Source: a virus
Taxonomy: Duplodnaviria > Caudoviricetes
Strand: one strand, 5' to 3'
DNA: 28,198 nt
Virus record (IMG/VR): IMGVR_UViG_3300017777_000785
Coordinates: 1-28,198 of that record
Made by a program: the position numbers and the translations under genes
Part shown: positions 25,852 to 28,198 of the stretch, piece after piece
Position numbering within the stretch: position 1 is the stretch's first letter
Layout: each line of letters opens with the position of its first letter
Notes under the pieces: generated by a model
Databases searched by the model: none
Seen by the model: only the letters and a program-made list of their open reading frames with translations
Told to the model about the DNA's origin: nothing

Positions 25852-26122
25852 AGACACCACCAATACATGCGCGTGCTATGAGTTCATTCTCTATATCGTT
25901 GTATGCGTCTGCTTGCACGAGGTGGTCTACATATTTCTTTTGTCTGTCATATAAACTATGCTCAACTTCCGTTGCATATGCCTTGACAACCATGCCCTTT
26001 TCTCGTAACGGCTCTGCGATGATGGTAGTGACATGATCACTCGGTTCTACACCCCACGTCTTAACTTCTTCATACTTTGTTTCTTCCATGCTTACTTCGA
26101 CTACTACGCTAAACTTAACCAT
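25841..26122 (-). CDS. Hypothetical protein (start revised)
   Basis: AAGGAGG RBS before the ATG at 26122 (MVKFSVVVEV...); ends ARACIGGVCED. Confidence 0.6.
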   Translation of the reverse strand: MVKFSVVVEVSMEETKYEEVKTWGVEPSDHVTTIIAEPLREKGMVVKAYATEVEHSLYDRQKKYVDHLVQADAYNDIENELIARACIGGVCED

Positions 26123-26132
26123 GACTTCCTCC

Positions 26133-26348
26133 TTAATGTATTTCATCTTCTGATAATTTTGCTAATTCTTCTCTTGCATCTATCCATGCCATTGTTTCTT
26201 GCTTGCAGGCTTCTATGTCTTCAACTGATAACCGGCTAGCTATCTCGTCTGCTATCTCAACCACTTGTTGTAGCTTGTGATCGGGTGCGGTGACTGCTAA
26301 GATTAATGCATGGGTCAATGCTTGCTTGTCGTCCTTAATCATCGCCAT
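26133..26348 (-). CDS. Hypothetical helical protein (71 aa)
   Basis: AGGGG RBS; ALILAVTAP motif; in the tightly packed early region. Confidence 0.65.
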   Translation of the reverse strand: MAMIKDDKQALTHALILAVTAPDHKLQQVVEIADEIASRLSVEDIEACKQETMAWIDAREELAKLSEDEIH

Positions 26349-26357
26349 GTCGTTCCC

Positions 26358-26549
26358 CTATCTAATTAAAGTCACTAGCAATATAAAGGCACTGATACCC
26401 CATGCAATAACCTCTGTAATAATTAGTCTACGAAGTCTTGCCTTTGGTATCGTCACATACTCACTCATGTAAACTTCCCTTTCATAATTTTTATAGCTTG
26501 GTGAATTTGGTGTTTTAAATATTGTTTGTTTCATTCTTTTTCTCCTCAA
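26358..26549 (-). CDS. Hypothetical protein with C-terminal transmembrane helix (start uncertain)
   Basis: Hydrophobic tail LIITEVIAWGISAFILLVTLI; alternative ATGs with RBS inside the ORF. Confidence 0.5.
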   Translation of the reverse strand: MRRKRMKQTIFKTPNSPSYKNYEREVYMSEYVTIPKARLRRLIITEVIAWGISAFILLVTLIR

Positions 26550-26760
26550 AGTTTTTTAATGATTGTATATACTGATTTGTTGCAAAGTTAATACCTCTTA
26601 CTACTCCGAGCCTCATGGCATCGTAAAACATCTTGGCATCTTTCTCTGACCTTGTTCTCTTATGCGCCTCGACATACTCGTAATACTCAGCTACCGCTAC
26701 TTCTATAATGTCTTCCTCAAACTTACGTTTCTTTTCTTCGTTGATCTGATGTTGTGTCAT
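26515..26760 (-). CDS. Hypothetical protein (81 aa)
   Basis: GGGGAG RBS; ATGA overlap with the upstream gene. Confidence 0.65.
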   Translation of the reverse strand: MTQHQINEEKKRKFEEDIIEVAVAEYYEYVEAHKRTRSEKDAKMFYDAMRLGVVRGINFATNQYIQSLKNFEEKKNETNNI

Positions 26761-26978
26761 GCCGGTAACTCCCCGTTTAAAAATCGTTGGTCTAGATCAT
26801 TGTAGTAATAATCCGGAAAGTCGCACGGCTCACTCTCGAACGCACAATGATAGCAAGTAATACTCTTTAAACTTTTCTTTATCTTGTGAAACATCAACTC
26901 CCCGCAATGACCACATGTCACCGCGTTAAGCCTCGCCTTCTCTAATATTACTTGGCTTGCTAAATGATTTGTATTCAT
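26757..26978 (-). CDS. Zinc-ribbon protein
   Basis: CGHC-x15-CYHC; AAGGAGG RBS. Confidence 0.7.
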   Translation of the reverse strand: MNTNHLASQVILEKARLNAVTCGHCGELMFHKIKKSLKSITCYHCAFESEPCDFPDYYYNDLDQRFLNGELPA

Positions 26979-26989
26979 AGTGCCTCCTT

Positions 26990-27011
26990 AAAAGAGGGGG
27001 CTTGCGCCCCC
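26990..27011 (-). terminator. Rho-independent terminator-like hairpin
   Basis: Minus strand GGGGGC-GCAA-GCCCCC-TCTTTT (6-bp GC stem, GNRA loop, imperfect U tract), 6 nt after the stop of 27018..27248. Confidence 0.7.
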
Positions 27012-27017
27012 GTTTAC

Positions 27018-27248
27018 TTACTTAGGTTTTGGATATTGACCTAGATATACTCTACCCTCTACTTGAGGTGTAAAATCCTCAATGTTATAGTTTTCTTTTT
27101 CTTCCAATGGAATCATCCAAAGGTTATATGGATATTTTTGTCTCTCCATATATTTAATTACCTTCCTAATATCCTCATCAACTTTCCACTCACAAAATGA
27201 TGTTGCGAAAAAATGATGTGTTGAGGCGAACTTTGGTTTGTGCCACAT
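27018..27248 (-). CDS. Hypothetical protein (76 aa), apparently its own transcription unit
   Basis: AGGAG RBS; flanked by a consensus promoter and a terminator. Confidence 0.7.
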   Translation of the reverse strand: MWHKPKFASTHHFFATSFCEWKVDEDIRKVIKYMERQKYPYNLWMIPLEEKENYNIEDFTPQVEGRVYLGQYPKPK

Positions 27249-27312
27249 TTTATTTCTCCTAGTTTGTTAAAGATCAGAATACCGTCAGACAGATTTCCGA
27301 CTGACGAAATAC

Positions 27313-27341
27313 ATTATACACTGAAACTTTACAAATGTCAA
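27313..27341 (-). promoter_or_regulatory. Perfect-consensus sigma70 promoter
   Basis: Minus strand TTGACA(27341-27336)-N17-TATAAT(27318-27313), intergenic. Confidence 0.9.
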
Positions 27342-27368
27342 TCCCCCTTCTCTCGCAAGGGTTTCGGG

Positions 27369-27533
27369 CTACCCGTATATCCTCCCAACTCCATTTAAAA
27401 TACTCTGTAAATCTTTTGCATCGAAGTCAGTCTTGTTAAATGCGAACGGCGATTTCCTACCATTACCATGTTTAACGTAGCCTGTTACTATTACTTGTTC
27501 TACAATAATTTGTTTTTGTTTTTTATCTGTCAT
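27369..27533 (-). CDS. Small hypothetical protein (54 aa), missed by the ORF track
   Basis: GAGGA RBS; MTDKKQKQIIVEQVIVTGYVKHGNGRKSPFAFNKTDFDAKDLQSILNGVGRIYG*. Abuts the upstream stop. Confidence 0.7.
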   Translation of the reverse strand: MTDKKQKQIIVEQVIVTGYVKHGNGRKSPFAFNKTDFDAKDLQSILNGVGRIYG

Positions 27534-27776
27534 TTAATATTCCTCTTGTGGCTCACCATACTTTTGTGCCATCTCTTGATTAATCTCGCAATTAGCTTCG
27601 TATTCAACTTCATCTAAGTATCCCTCGATGTCTTTACCCGCTTGTCTAAATGCTTCCGGTAATGCTAGGTCTTCTATTCTACCATCGTCCCACTTGATTG
27701 TGATCCACCAAGATTTTATTTTTACATTTCTTGGGTCTTCTAATGGCGGGTCTATGTCTCTTTCTAATTCAATCAT
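27534..27776 (-). CDS. Hypothetical acidic protein (80 aa)
   Basis: AAGGAG RBS; KIKSWWITIKWDDGRIE motif. Confidence 0.7.
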   Translation of the reverse strand: MIELERDIDPPLEDPRNVKIKSWWITIKWDDGRIEDLALPEAFRQAGKDIEGYLDEVEYEANCEINQEMAQKYGEPQEEY

Positions 27777-27777
27777 C

Positions 27778-27996
27778 TTATAAACTCCTTAAGTAATCGT
27801 TATAATTTTGTATCTGCTCTTTAGATAGTTTGTTTTTAATTGACTCATCATGGAATTGGCTATCATTAGTTTTATCTACACATACCACACTTAAAAAATG
27901 ATTTCCAAATCTCTCGCATAATTCTTCCATGAAGGCTTTAGTATCTAAGTCTCCATCTCCCTTTGTATTCGCTACATCTAAAATAAATCTTGGCAT
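27778..27996 (-). CDS. Hypothetical protein (72 aa)
   Basis: GGGGAG RBS; 1-nt spacing to both neighbours. Confidence 0.7.
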   Translation of the reverse strand: MPRFILDVANTKGDGDLDTKAFMEELCERFGNHFLSVVCVDKTNDSQFHDESIKNKLSKEQIQNYNDYLRSL

Positions 27997-27997
27997 T

Positions 27998-28198
27998 TTA
28001 ATATCTCCCCTGTAAAGATTCTTCCATTAATCTATCGTGATTGTGGTATCGCTTTGTTGCCTCATCAATAATCTCTTGCATTAAATTTAAATAATCCATG
28101 CCCGACACACCTTCCATTTCCTCTGCGTCTTGCATAGCGTCCTCTACATTACCATATATTTGTTTGGCTCTGTCTGATAGCTTTTCATAGTTAGTCAT
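27998..28198 (-). CDS. Hypothetical protein (66 aa; start at window edge, may be partial)
   Basis: Open frame to the last base; AMQDAEEMEG...DYLNLM motif. Confidence 0.6.
   Translation of the reverse strand: MTNYEKLSDRAKQIYGNVEDAMQDAEEMEGVSGMDYLNLMQEIIDEATKRYHNHDRLMEESLQGRY

Noticed and set aside
13701-26472. Plus-strand ORFs opposite the replication/early genes (e.g. 13701, 13968, 16971, 19183, 22148, 24446, 25752)
   Set aside because: Antisense to motif-bearing genes, with no recognisable motifs or expression signals.

Overview
AT-rich fragment (roughly 35-40% GC by eye) of a tailed dsDNA phage genome with podovirus-like organisation and two convergent modules. The + strand (1-12598) carries late/virion genes: a tail protein, a free-standing GNAT, three glycine/glutamine-rich ejection-type proteins and a 1906-aa large polyvalent protein (GNAT + zincin metallopeptidase + LPD38-like C-terminus). 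The - strand (12595-28198) carries early/replication genes: primase-DUF927 helicase, HTH protein, SSB-like protein, SNF2 helicase, HNH, Cas4-like exonuclease, 2OG-Fe(II) oxygenase, family A DNA polymerase, TraR/DksA-like Zn finger, SleB-type hydrolase, DUF3310, VRR-NUC and many small ORFs with sigma70-type promoters. No tRNA, rRNA, CRISPR array or integrase was seen. The best candidate for a new system is the polyvalent protein locus: it hides a protein-like 56-codon overprinted gene (8325-8495, +1 frame, with its own RBS) just before the GNAT effector domain, and an AKESR repeat brackets the peptidase. Other oddities are a repeated [FYML]AxGG tag in the ejection proteins, two apparent non-canonical starts (CTG, ATA), an in-frame TGA in the tail gene, a leaderless promoter and no GGCC sites found. 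All family calls are from motif recognition only; no database search was run.
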